From an uncultured Planctomycetota bacterium (GTDB lineage Bacteria; Planctomycetota; Planctomycetia; Pirellulales; Lacipirellulaceae): 64,000 bases of DNA. Positions 47,269-57,800 of the stretch are shown in pieces (the first letter of the stretch is position 1; each line of letters starts with the position of its first letter). The translations under genes and the position numbers were made by a program. The stretch is from NCBI GenBank assembly GCA_963733705.1, contig CAVTEJ010000014.1, forward strand, positions 10,943 to 74,942, read 5' to 3'. A model generated the notes under the pieces. The model did no database searches. It was not told the origin of the DNA and was given only the letters and a program-made list of their open reading frames with translations.

Positions 47269-50200
47269 ATGAAATCACGCATCGCTTCGCTCCACGTCTC
47301 AGCGCTCGATGACTCCCGGCCGCTGCCGCCGGACCTCGAACAACTGATCGAGGCCACGGCCGCACGGATGCAGGCCGGTGAGGCAGTTGATCTCGACCAG
47401 CTCGTTGCCGCGCACCCGGAATATGCGGACGAGTTGCGTGAGCTATTGCCTGCTGTTGAGATGCTCGTGCAGATGGGTGAAGCGCCTGTGGAGCCGCCGG
47501 CAATCGGTACATCTGGCAACGGAGCGCCGCGAACACTGTCTTACCACCAACTTGGTGACTTCCGATTGATCCGCGAGTTGGGCCGCGGCGGGATGGGTGT
47601 CGTCTACGAAGCTGAACAGCTTTCGATGGGTCGGCACGTCGCGCTTAAGGTGTTGCCGTTCGCGGCCCTGGTGGACGAAAAATCACTGCAGCGATTTCGC
47701 AATGAGGTCCGGGCGGCCGCAGCCTTGGATCACCCACACATCGTCTCGGTCTATTCGGTGGGCGAAGAGCGCGGCGTCCACTTCTATGCGATGCAGCTCA
47801 TCCGCGGCCAGACTTTGGGCGATATGATTTGTGAGTTGCGGAAAATGCGGCGCAACGATTGGCCCTCAGGCGCGACCGACGCTCGCGGCGACGCACCCTC
47901 GATTGATTCGGGCACGTATCAACCGCCATCGACGAAACGAGACGGAAAGCGTCGTATCGGTACGGTGGTCGAGTCGTGGCGGACCGCAAAATATTATCGC
48001 GCGGCGGCTCGACTCGGCGTCCAAGCGGCCGAGGCCTTGCAACATGCCCACGACGAGGGCGTCTTGCATCGCGACATCAAGCCTAGCAATCTTATGCTCG
48101 ATGCCGACGCGCAGCTTTACGTCGCCGATTTCGGCTTGGCTCGGATCGATGCCGATCCCGGTCTGACAATGACCGGCGACCTCATCGGCACACTCCGCTA
48201 TATGGCGCCCGAGCAGGCGCTGGGCAAGCGCGTGGTAATCGATCACCGGGCTGACGTTTATTCCCTCGGCGCGACTCTCTACGAGCTGCTCACTCTGCAG
48301 CCGGCGTTCGGCGAGACCGATCGTGCGCAACTCTTGCAGCAGATCGCAATTGAGGAACCGCGGCCGCTACGGAAACTGGATCGCCGCGTCCCGGCCGAGG
48401 TGGAAACCATCGTTCTCAAGGCGCTGGCGAAAAATCCGAATGAGCGCTATCAGACCGCCCAGCTGCTGGCCGATGATCTGCTGGCGTTTCTCGAGCACCG
48501 TCCGATAAAAGCGAAGCCGCCGACGTGGCGCGATCAGATTCTGAAATGGTCACGGCGACATCGAAGTGCGACGGCGGCGGCTGGAATCGTGATCCTTCTA
48601 TTATTGATGTTCACTGCGGCGGTCGTTGCTGATCGCTGGCGGCAAGTCAGTGAAGCAACACAGTTCGTCCATGATTCCCTCTTGTCTGCTCGAGCGGCAC
48701 TGGAGGCCGATGACGTGAAGCAGGCTTTGCTTAGACTGGCTGAAGCACAAACTCGAATTGACGCCAACAGGCTGAATAACCACGATCTGATCCACGATGT
48801 CACAGAATTAGGGAGGGAGTCCGAACGATATGCGCAGCTTAACCTTTTTTATCAACGCGCCAGGGACGCATTCACCACAGACTCTCCCACAGACGAAGCG
48901 CTAGCCCTGTATCGAGTGATGGACGCGCCGGACTGGCTGGGGTCGCTTCACGCTGCCAACCTGCCGGAGGCCGTCGTCCATCGCGTAATGGAGAAAGTTT
49001 ACGAGTTGTTGCTTTTAAAGGCCGATTTCCTCTCGCGATGGGATAAGAGCCACGCTCATCAAGCTGTCGCTCATGAAGCAATGAAGTACTTGGATCAGGC
49101 GGCGTCATTCCACGCCCCCTCACGTGGATACTATTGGCTTCTTGCCAATTGTTGTCTCTTAACGGGAGACCAGGAACGAGAGAAAAGCCTGCGTGAAACC
49201 GCTCTGAAAACAAAGCCCCACGACGCGTCCGAACTTTTCTACATCAACCGTGACCATGTATGGGGTACGGTTTCATCGTATCGAGGCTATCCGAAGTACT
49301 CGTTTGAGGAATCCTTTAAGGACCATCGCGAAATGCTCCGTCTTGACCCAACCTATCGCCCGGGCTTGTTTTTCATGGCCTATCGCCTCGACGATGAAGG
49401 GCGCCACGCAGAATCTCTCGTAGCCTGGTACGGAGCCACCGCGCTTCATCCCAACGATCCCTACTTGCTCGCCAATCGTGCAGGCCAGCATCTATGCCTT
49501 GGACAATACGACGAAGCGATCGAGGATTGCCGGGAGTCAATTCGGTTGAAGCCCGACAACGACGTGGCTCACTTCAGTCTCGGTTCGGCACTTGTTAGAT
49601 GCGGTCAGACAGGCGAAGCAATTGACGAATTTCGCGAGACGATCCGCTTGAATCCGAACAACTGGGATGCCTATGTTCAGCTCGCCGATGCATTCGAACT
49701 GAAAGGTGTGCCGGAGGAAGCGATCACCAGATATCGCGAAGCGGCGGCCGTGTTCCGCAAACACCTGAAGCTAAACCCTGACGACGGCGAGGTGCAGTGC
49801 CACCTCGTGTGGGTCCTGGCAATGTGCCCGGACTGCGATCTGCGTGACCCGCACGAAGCTTTGGAGCTGGCGAAAGCGGCCGCCAAACGGGGGCAGCGAG
49901 ATGAGAACACCTGGAATTCACTTGGCATAGCCCACTATCGAATGGGCGACTGGCAGGACTCGATTGACGCAGTTTGCAAGGAGATGAAGCTCCCACAGGG
50001 GGATGATGAGGGATTTCAACGGTTCCTCCTCGCTATGGCCGAATGGCAGCTGGGCAGTCATCAGGCAGCCCGCGATTGGTACGCCAAAGGGGCGGAATGG
50101 ATGGAGACGAACCCGTCAGATGGAGCAACCATCCGGTTTCGCCGGGAGGCCAAAAAGTTGATTCAACCTGTTGATACTGGAGTGAGGGAGGAGTATGTCG

Positions 50201-50706
50201 AGGCGCGCACTGATCGCATCGCGGTGGCTCCCTCTCAATTCGCGGGGAGCGCCGCAAGGGGCAGCTTGAATTCTATTGGCCGTAACCCACCTCCCTATGG
50301 AGTCGCGAACGGCAGCGCCGACCAAGGCTGGATGTGGAAAGTAGGAGACTATTTTACGGTGGATCTTGCGACGCCGACGGCTCTGCAGCGGTTTCGCGTG
50401 TGGTCTGTCTACGCCGGCGACCTGACCGGGCGTGGGGCCCGCTGGGAGATCCTTTCTTCGGACGACGGGGTTTCTTTCACCCATGAAGCAGATTTCACGT
50501 ATATCGTAGGTCGCGGTATGCATGGCCTAAACGACGATAGAACGGCAAGGCCGGACTCGACCGGTTGGTTTGAGGCCGACTTCAACGCGGCTGCTGGACG
50601 TCATCGGTTTTGGCAAGTCAAGGACGTCGCAACGCTCTTTGTGCATTCTCCGCGGTCCGCGCAAGTAGAACTTTACGGGTCACCTAATGATGCCAAAACC
50701 AGATAG
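47269..50706 (+). CDS. Ser/Thr protein kinase - TM - TPR repeats - C-terminal galactose-binding/discoidin-like domain
   Basis: 1145 aa, starting 2 nt after the sigma stop. Motifs: LGRGGMGVVYEAEQ, HRDIKPSNLMLD, DFGLAR. TM segment: AAAGIVILLLLMFTAAVVA. TPR-like segments: YDEAIEDCRESIRLKPDN, GEAIDEFRETIRLNPNN. The C-terminal domain call (WEILSSDDGVSFT...VELYG) is weaker. Confidence 0.85.
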   Translation: MKSRIASLHVSALDDSRPLPPDLEQLIEATAARMQAGEAVDLDQLVAAHPEYADELRELLPAVEMLVQMGEAPVEPPAIGTSGNGAPRTLSYHQLGDFRLIRELGRGGMGVVYEAEQLSMGRHVALKVLPFAALVDEKSLQRFRNEVRAAAALDHPHIVSVYSVGEERGVHFYAMQLIRGQTLGDMICELRKMRRNDWPSGATDARGDAPSIDSGTYQPPSTKRDGKRRIGTVVESWRTAKYYRAAARLGVQAAEALQHAHDEGVLHRDIKPSNLMLDADAQLYVADFGLARIDADPGLTMTGDLIGTLRYMAPEQALGKRVVIDHRADVYSLGATLYELLTLQPAFGETDRAQLLQQIAIEEPRPLRKLDRRVPAEVETIVLKALAKNPNERYQTAQLLADDLLAFLEHRPIKAKPPTWRDQILKWSRRHRSATAAAGIVILLLLMFTAAVVADRWRQVSEATQFVHDSLLSARAALEADDVKQALLRLAEAQTRIDANRLNNHDLIHDVTELGRESERYAQLNLFYQRARDAFTTDSPTDEALALYRVMDAPDWLGSLHAANLPEAVVHRVMEKVYELLLLKADFLSRWDKSHAHQAVAHEAMKYLDQAASFHAPSRGYYWLLANCCLLTGDQEREKSLRETALKTKPHDASELFYINRDHVWGTVSSYRGYPKYSFEESFKDHREMLRLDPTYRPGLFFMAYRLDDEGRHAESLVAWYGATALHPNDPYLLANRAGQHLCLGQYDEAIEDCRESIRLKPDNDVAHFSLGSALVRCGQTGEAIDEFRETIRLNPNNWDAYVQLADAFELKGVPEEAITRYREAAAVFRKHLKLNPDDGEVQCHLVWVLAMCPDCDLRDPHEALELAKAAAKRGQRDENTWNSLGIAHYRMGDWQDSIDAVCKEMKLPQGDDEGFQRFLLAMAEWQLGSHQAARDWYAKGAEWMETNPSDGATIRFRREAKKLIQPVDTGVREEYVEARTDRIAVAPSQFAGSAARGSLNSIGRNPPPYGVANGSADQGWMWKVGDYFTVDLATPTALQRFRVWSVYAGDLTGRGARWEILSSDDGVSFTHEADFTYIVGRGMHGLNDDRTARPDSTGWFEADFNAAAGRHRFWQVKDVATLFVHSPRSAQVELYGSPNDAKTR

Positions 50707-51110
50707 CCTGATGTTCGTGCCCCTTCGCGCGCTTGGACGGCTCGGTCTCCCCCGCCTGCCCGTCGAGTCTCGCACGACGGGCTCGGCTGTCAGCCGACCA
50801 ATGGGACGACGCTCGGCAAAATGTTCGCCAATAACGTCGATGGCACGATAACCAGGAACATAGATGTCGCTCAGGTTTGGGATAATGAACAGGGCAAATC
50901 TGGCTTGCTGGAACGAAGAGCAGGATGGTTTGGTTATATGACGCGTTCTTGCGATCACATTGACCGCCGAGTGTCAGACCGAGCGCTGCGATGAGTATCC
51001 GGAACTCCGTAGCTGTGCCAGAAAGCTAACTCATCGATGAGTTTTGAAACGCCCAGCGAAGGCGCAGTCGTGGTCGCCGGAGCCGGCCGGATCAACGCAA
51101 GTCGGACGTC

Positions 51111-51160
51111 TCTTAACGGTCGTTTGTTGACGAGTCTCATGCGTCAACGAGTTTTGGCCC
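51111..51160 (-). repeat. Recurrent 3' element copy (a second AACTCAT box with palindrome CTCATCGATGAG lies at 51029-51056)
   Basis: Plus strand: TCTTAACGGTCGTTTGTTGACGAGTCTCATGCGTCAACGAGTTTTGGCCC. It overlaps the stop at 51137. Confidence 0.45.
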
Positions 51161-52161
51161 TGACAAAGTATTCCGGCGCCATTGCGTAGCCGTAATCGCG
51201 GCCAGAACAACGATTTGCAACATAACTGTCGGCTCTGGAACATCGGCGTGAGCTATTGCACCCGCGCCGCTGCCAGCCGTCTGGCCGAAGTGTGCGCGCC
51301 AGACGCCGTAGTCGGCTTGCGTGTACGTTGTGCCGAGTCCGTGGCGCCACGCGACATAGTCGGCCGCGTCCACGACGCCGTTGCCGTTGTAGTCGCCGTC
51401 GAGCTTGGCAAATTCGGAACCGATGATTTGAAAACCATTGATATACGCCGATTCACCGGGGTTGAGTGATTGGGCCTGAATCGTGAACGAGTCGCCAGTC
51501 AGCTTTGTGAATCGCGCCCACACGCCGAGGCCGTCGGTCGTGCCTTCGTCATAGTCAGTTGTGAAATCGAATTGACGTGGTAAACCAAATATATCGGTAT
51601 CTCGGACCGTATCGGTCATCGTGAGCGCAGCCATCGCGTGAATTCCATCGTCCACGAACAGCGATTCCGTTCGCGCCAGCCCTTCGGGATCGGCATATAC
51701 CCACACTTCATATCCGGCCGCAGTAGCGATCGCACTGTTCAGGTTGCTGACGGTCACCGTCACCAATCCGGTCGCGCCGAGGGTGCTGCTCGAGAGGTAC
51801 CCATTCATCATCATGCTGTCGCCATTGATAACCGGATTCGAGTAGTTGTTCGACACTACATCAGTCGCGATCCAGTCGGTGTGCACTTTGGTTAACACGC
51901 CTTGTGAGTCATATAAAGTGATTCTATTGCCGGAGTGACCCTGCAATTGATTCCAATTAGGGACGCGCACATCCGCTGGCCCGCCGTGAAAAAAATTTGG
52001 CACGCCAGCAATCGCTGTATCGAGCATTGGTCCGGACTGGGGATACAAGAACGGCTCGAAGAAGCTGCTTGAAATGACCCGATGGGGCAGCGCCAGGCCG
52101 TCGCATTGAGGAGACAACTAAGAAGCGTCGCCAGAGCGGCGCGTGAGATCGGCGTGTTCAT
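51137..52161 (-). pseudogene. Dockerin-like/PEP-CTERM surface protein, frameshift in the signal-peptide region
   Basis: ORF 51892..52161 supplies MNTPISRAALATLLS. The main ORF 51137..52117 begins right after a TAG. Tail: GDYNGNGVVDAADYVAWRHGLGTTYTQADYGVWRAHFGQTAGSGAGA...VPEPTVMLQIVVLAAI. Confidence 0.7.
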
Positions 52162-52970
52162 CGGTCGCTCCCGGCGCCAATTTGCGCAACATCAACGCTC
52201 CACGTCCAGGCTGCTCGAACCCAAGTCGACGCTGGGATTCTAAGCCTCGCGGCAGGACTTTACAAGGAAGTCTTGAATTTGGGGCAGCCGCGATTGAGTG
52301 GGAACGCTTTGGAATGCCAGAGTGTTCCCGCCCCATGTGTGACACACAAGTGTCGGGCACTGCTCAGGATTCCGTATCCGACACGAATGTCCTTCGCTAT
52401 CGAAGGAGTGGATTGTTAGCTTGTGCCGCGCACGACTCGGGTTTGTGAGAATCAAGGTATCGCGCGCGGTCGGGCACGGGCACGAGATGGCGTCGCTAAG
52501 GTCGGCCTCGAACTTTCAAAGCAATCCGCGCGCTGGTGCTTAGAGTTGCACTTCTAACAGGCTAGGGCTACTTCCGAGTCTTGGGAGATCTGCACAATCT
52601 CGGTTGCATCGATGCATTTCGACAAGCGATGGCCAACATTTTCAAACGGGCTGGATGGGAAACCGGTCCGAATCCATCTTGGTACTTTGGCGCTTAGTCA
52701 CTTATTGGCGTGGCCACAACCATTGGAATTCGAAAAAAAGCCGGATGAGAAGGAGCGAGCCTCCCAGCGCGATCGGTTTGTGAAGGTTTGGCTGCGAAAT
52801 TAGGGAAATGTATTAAAGTTACTACAGATCGCCGGCGATTCGCGGCCTTTGATTCGGGGTTGAGAAATTACCAATTTTTTTGCGATTCTTTTCTTGCTAT
52901 CTGATTCAGTAAGGCTTAATGTCATGGCTATGTCGATGGGTTGGTCGTCCTCAAATCCAGGAGCGGACTA

Positions 52971-53660
52971 ATGAATCGCATTCTAATGTCGCCTAATCGG
53001 GTGGTTGGGTGGGTGTGTCTGGCGCAGGCAAATGCCATCTTGTATGTGAACGGCGGCGGTGCCCAAGGAGGCACGCTCGTCGGAATCAATCCGCTCCCGT
53101 CGCCTGGGCCATACGTCGGTGACAACAACAATGACGACATGATCATGGTTGGCACGCCGAGTAGTCCCATTCCAATTACTCTCGATCCAAACGGAACCGC
53201 CTGGACGAAGCAGTTCCAAGTCAACCGCGACGGTCAGGGATGGGCGCCTGGGCAGACGGTCACCGTGATGGAATTGCTTACATTTCCTCCGACCTCAACG
53301 CTGCGTCCCACCGATTGGCATGAGACCATTCTCCCGGCGACTGGCCCCAATAGTAATTTCCAATGGGGCGGTGGGTCGATTCTTATCGGCACCAGCACCT
53401 ATCCGGCCACATTGAGCGGCGACGGAAAGTCGATCTGGTTCGACTTTCCACCAATTCCGCCGAGCGCTCCGCCAGCAAAAATCACGAAGACCCTAGTGTG
53501 GACAGATGGGGTAATTACGCCGGACCAGAATGGAAGCCCAAATAACATTTACACCATTACGGTCAGCGAGCAACCGTCGGTTCCGGAGCCGGGTGCGTTC
53601 GTCATGGCATGCGTGATGATTGCAAGCATGGCGGTTGCGACACGCAGTCGCCCGAAGTAG
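52971..53660 (+). CDS. PEP-CTERM sorting domain protein
   Basis: CAGGAG RBS. MNRILMSPNRVVGWVCLAQANA. C-terminus VPEPGAFVMACVMIASMAVATRSRPK. Confidence 0.75.
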   Translation: MNRILMSPNRVVGWVCLAQANAILYVNGGGAQGGTLVGINPLPSPGPYVGDNNNDDMIMVGTPSSPIPITLDPNGTAWTKQFQVNRDGQGWAPGQTVTVMELLTFPPTSTLRPTDWHETILPATGPNSNFQWGGGSILIGTSTYPATLSGDGKSIWFDFPPIPPSAPPAKITKTLVWTDGVITPDQNGSPNNIYTITVSEQPSVPEPGAFVMACVMIASMAVATRSRPK

Positions 53661-53740
53661 GCAAGAAATATCGGCATTACTTGGCGAGTGTTGCACGTGC
53701 GCCAGCGCGGGTGTTTCTGTAAACTCGTGGAGTTTTGCCC

Positions 53741-54454
53741 ATGTATCGCACTTTCGCTGGATTGCTGTTCGCAGTAGTTCTATTCACGCAATCGGCCTTG
53801 GCGGCGGACATCTCGGTTCCGGTTTCGGAGGATGCCGCAATCCTGGCCAACAATGGTTTTCCGAGCGTCGAGGCCAGCAACTTCGGCGGCGGTTTCCTCT
53901 ACGCCGGCTCATTCGACCCTGACCATGCTTCGTACGCGCGTTCGCTGCTCAAATTCGCGCTCCCGCCGATTCCCGCCGGGCAGACTCTGCAGAGTGCCGC
54001 TCTGAGATTGATTGTCGGACAGGAATTTCCTCAAACCAAGCAGTTTGATTTTTTTCGCGTTGACGACAATTGGGACGAAGTCACCGTCACTTGGCTGAGC
54101 GCGCCGCAACTGGTACCGAATCAGCAAGCGATTGCGACTTTTAATAGCGCAATCGGCTTGGGGCCCACGCCGCCGAGCAACCTGCTCACATTCGATATCA
54201 CGTCGGCAGTCGAAGCTGAACTAAATCTCGACCCAACCCAAGTATTGTCGATTCTTTGGAAGGAGCGCGACGAGACCGGCGACTGCTGCAACCGACTGGC
54301 GGCCCGTTCGAAAGAGCAAGCGTTTTTGCCCAGCAATGTACCGCAAATCGTTCTGACGCTGGTACCCGAGCCATCGTCGATGGGGCTATTGGCTGGGCTC
54401 GTTGTCTTGTTGCCCGCTCGTGCGAGGCGAGTGCGGCAAAGCCGGCAAGAATAA
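53741..54454 (+). CDS. PEP-CTERM protein with DNRLRE-like N-terminal domain
   Basis: ATG at 53741 (MYRTFAGLLFAVVLFTQSALA). SLLKFALPPIPAGQTLQSAALRL...VDDNWDEVTVTW. C-terminus VPEPSSMGLLAGLVVLLPARARR. Confidence 0.7.
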   Translation: MYRTFAGLLFAVVLFTQSALAADISVPVSEDAAILANNGFPSVEASNFGGGFLYAGSFDPDHASYARSLLKFALPPIPAGQTLQSAALRLIVGQEFPQTKQFDFFRVDDNWDEVTVTWLSAPQLVPNQQAIATFNSAIGLGPTPPSNLLTFDITSAVEAELNLDPTQVLSILWKERDETGDCCNRLAARSKEQAFLPSNVPQIVLTLVPEPSSMGLLAGLVVLLPARARRVRQSRQE

Positions 54455-54822
54455 CGAGCAGCAGCCGGGAAGGTTCGGGGGTGAATAGGCAGGCGGCACC
54501 GGAACCAGCTCTAAAGCCATCCGCCTCGATCTCCCTGACAATTGCCGCGCGATAACTGATCGCCACGAACTCACGCTTGGCCGTTGCCATGCGGGGCGGT
54601 TGTACAGCTCGGGATTAGGCGGCGCTTAGGACGCTCACGTCTTTCCGCTAGAGCGTGGAGAATTTGCCCGCAACTCATGTTCAAAATTGGTTGGATTGAT
54701 GAGGCATTTCGGCGCTAGGCAGACTGCCGCGTCCTCAGTCCCAGAAACCTCACGAGTTCTCGGAACATCCGGCGCGTGCTGACAAACGCACGAGTTGATG
54801 CCACTCACTGCCGCGAGCGCTT

Positions 54823-54873
54823 CTAAATCGGTAGGTTGTTGGTGTATGTCACGCGTTAATGAGTTGCCGGTAC
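54823..54873 (-). repeat. Recurrent 3' element copy
   Basis: Plus strand: CTAAATCGGTAGGTTGTTGGTGTATGTCACGCGTTAATGAGTTGCCGGTAC. In gene orientation it begins 4 nt after the stop at 54877. Confidence 0.4.
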
Positions 54874-54876
54874 TTT

Positions 54877-57800
54877 CTATGCGGCCCAGCCTCTTCGGAG
54901 ACACCACCCAGCGGCCGCAAAAATCAGCAGCGCCAGCGTCGTTGGTTCGGGCACGGCGGCATTCGCACTGGCACTTGAGCCGGCACTGACGGTTTGACCG
55001 AAGTGGGCGCGCCAGACGTCGTAGTCCGCTTGCGACACGAGGCTGTCGAGGTCGCCATCGGCACCTTCCCCCGGAGCGACCGATTGACCGAGCGTGTCGC
55101 GCCATAGCACGTAGTCGGCGGCATCGACGGTGCCATTGCGATTGTAGTCGCCCGCGAGCACAAAACCATCCAGAATGAGCCGATCTGGATTGAACTCGCT
55201 TCCTGAACCGTAATGCACGAGGAACGAGCCCAGCCCATCTAGCGTACCGAGACGCTCGCCGTTCGCGACATTGCTGAATGCGCCGAAAGGCTTCCGGCGG
55301 CGAGCACGACAAAGCTATTAGTCGCATCAGGTATGAAGTCGTTGAGCAGCGATAGTCGGAGCGTACCGTCCAACGTGGCGGCGCCGGTCACTTCCACCTC
55401 GTCGTAGTCGCTGCCGAATGTGGTGCCACCAATTTCGATGTCCAGCCTAGCACCGGCTTGCTGCGTATAGTTTCCACTGATTGTCGTCCGGCCGGCGGAG
55501 TGGCCCGGTGCCAGCGTGCCACCGTGGTTTACCAGGTCGCCCAGAAAGGTTTCCACGTGTAGGATGCCGCCCAGGAAATCGAAGACGCCTCCGCCTTGGT
55601 CGCTGATGCCAGCGCTATCGAGCGTGCCGCCCTGTAGCCTCAGGTTGGCCTGGGAGAACAGAACGGTATCGTGCGCCACGGAGACAATACCATGGGACAG
55701 GATTGTGAGCTCGCCAATTCCACCTTCGCCGCCACCGGAGACCGCGTCGCCTCCGAGCGAAAGGAACTGACTCGACCACGTGGAGTTCGGCGGGGGTGTA
55801 CCAAAAGAAGGGCTCCCCACAATGGCCATGCCGATGCTGCCCGGATCGGAGCCGAGGAAGGCGTTGGTATCGGTAACTTGCCCGCCATTCCGGATCGTCA
55901 GCCGACCCTCCAGATCCGGACTTCCACAGTCCGGACAGAGAATACCGCCGATAGTTAGGTTGTCAGTGCTGGTCCAGATGGAATTCGCCCCATCCACCAG
56001 CACCTCGGCCGGCGGATGGTTCAGTCCGACGAGGGCGTTGACTGCGCCATTGGTATCCGCAACCGCGCCGCCACTCGTAATGTTCAGCGTGCCGCTGCCA
56101 TCGCCCCCGACCGCAACATCGCCGCTGTTGGTCCACGTGGAGCCGCTGCCGTCGACGGTCACAGTACCGACTGCCGCGCCGGCTGATCCCAAAAAGCCAT
56201 TCCCGTCCGCAACAGCTCCACCCCCCGTAATGTTCAACGTGCCCGTTCCGGCGAAGCCGACGATAAGGGATGCTCCGTGATTGGTCCAAGTCGAGCCGGA
56301 ACCATTCACCGTGGCCGTCCCCTGCGAACCCACGTGCAAACCTATGACGGCGCTCGTGCTCTCTACGGCGCCGCCGTTCTGGACGAGCAGCGTTCCCTCG
56401 CCGTCCCGGCCCACATTGAAATCGAAGTCGACTGCTGTAGTGCTTAACCATTTCGAGTCTGCGCCCGAAACCGTGACGGTTCCTGACGATCCACTCGCCG
56501 AGCCAATATGGCCATTGAGACTAGAGACGAAGCCGCCCGCCGTGATGTCCAGGGTGCCAGTCCCATGATTGCCAACGGCAAGGCCGAAACTACTGACCCA
56601 CGTTGAATTCGTGCCATCAATCGTCACGCTCCCATTGGAGCCGACGTCGTTCGCAATGAAGGCCCCGGTGTTCGTAACGTGCCCGCCCGATTCAACCATT
56701 AAGGTGCCGGTTCCGCCAGCACCAACATCGAGCGCACCGCTGTTGGTCCATGTGGACGAGCCGCTGACGGTCACCGACCCTGTCGCTCCCGATTGCTTGC
56801 CGATCAAACCATTCACATTCGAAACGTGGCCGAGGCTGTCGACCATCATGGTCCCCGTGCCCGCATCCCCGACCGCCAGGTCACCACTGTCGGTCCAAGA
56901 CGAATCAGTGCCACTCACGGTTACCGAGCCATTTCCGCCAAAGGAATTCGATTCGCTGATCACGCTGGTGCCGCTGGCGACACTCCCGCCGCTGCCAATT
57001 ACCATCGTGCCCCGGCCGAACTTGCCGATCGTGAGCGCCGAATTATTAGTCCAGGTTGAACCGGCGCCAGAGACCGTAATCATGCCGTTGGAATTGGCAT
57101 CCCGGGCAACGGTAGCGGTATCGCTGGAAACACTGCCACCGCTTTGAACCATGACTATGCCCTGGCTGTTGTTGTTGCCACCCACCTCCAGCTCGCTATT
57201 GTTGGTCCAGTTTGAATCGGTGCCCGTGACCGTCACGGTGCCAATCGCGCTGGAGCCGAAACCGACCCTTCCCATCGAGTCGGAAACGCTCCCGCCATTT
57301 TGAATCGTGAGCGTGCCCGTACCGCCGTTTCCAATGATTAAATTGCCGCTGTTGTTCCAGGTGGAATCGGCATCGGTCACGAGGTAGGTCTGCGCCATCG
57401 GTGGCCGTATAACCGCCGCTCCCAGCGAAACTGGCTTCGCCGCCGTTCTGGACGGTGAATGTGTGGCCGGTGGCCAGATTGAAGATGCCGGACGGGCTAC
57501 GGGTCAGCGTACCCCCATTGATCGTGACGTTTCCGCTGGCGTTCAGCGTGCCAGCGGTCGCGCTGCTGCCGATGGTCACAGTGGCCGTCTTGTTGATCGT
57601 CATCGTACCGGTGCCGGTGGTTAGCGTGCCTCCCGAGGCGGAGACGCCGATGTCGATGGTCGCCGTGCCATTGGCCGCCGCGCCGACCGTAATTGACGCG
57701 GATCCCTTCACCGTTAAAAGGGAGTCAACGTCGTGGATATCGACGGTCCCGACTTGGCCGGCCGCATTACCGGTGGCCACGGTCAGATTGTCGAACAGTT

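Noticed and set aside
50680-50958. 92-aa minus-strand ORF, briefly considered a transposase fragment
   Set aside because: Only a vague resemblance (FIIPNLS) to DDE motifs, no inverted repeats, and it overlaps the kinase 3' end.
55239-57398. The 719-aa repeat ORF as an independent gene starting at ATG 57398
   Set aside because: MAQTYLVTDADSTW has no signal peptide or RBS. The repeat pattern continues unbroken from the upstream kinase ORF, whose own tail after the junction is Arg/His-rich nonsense.
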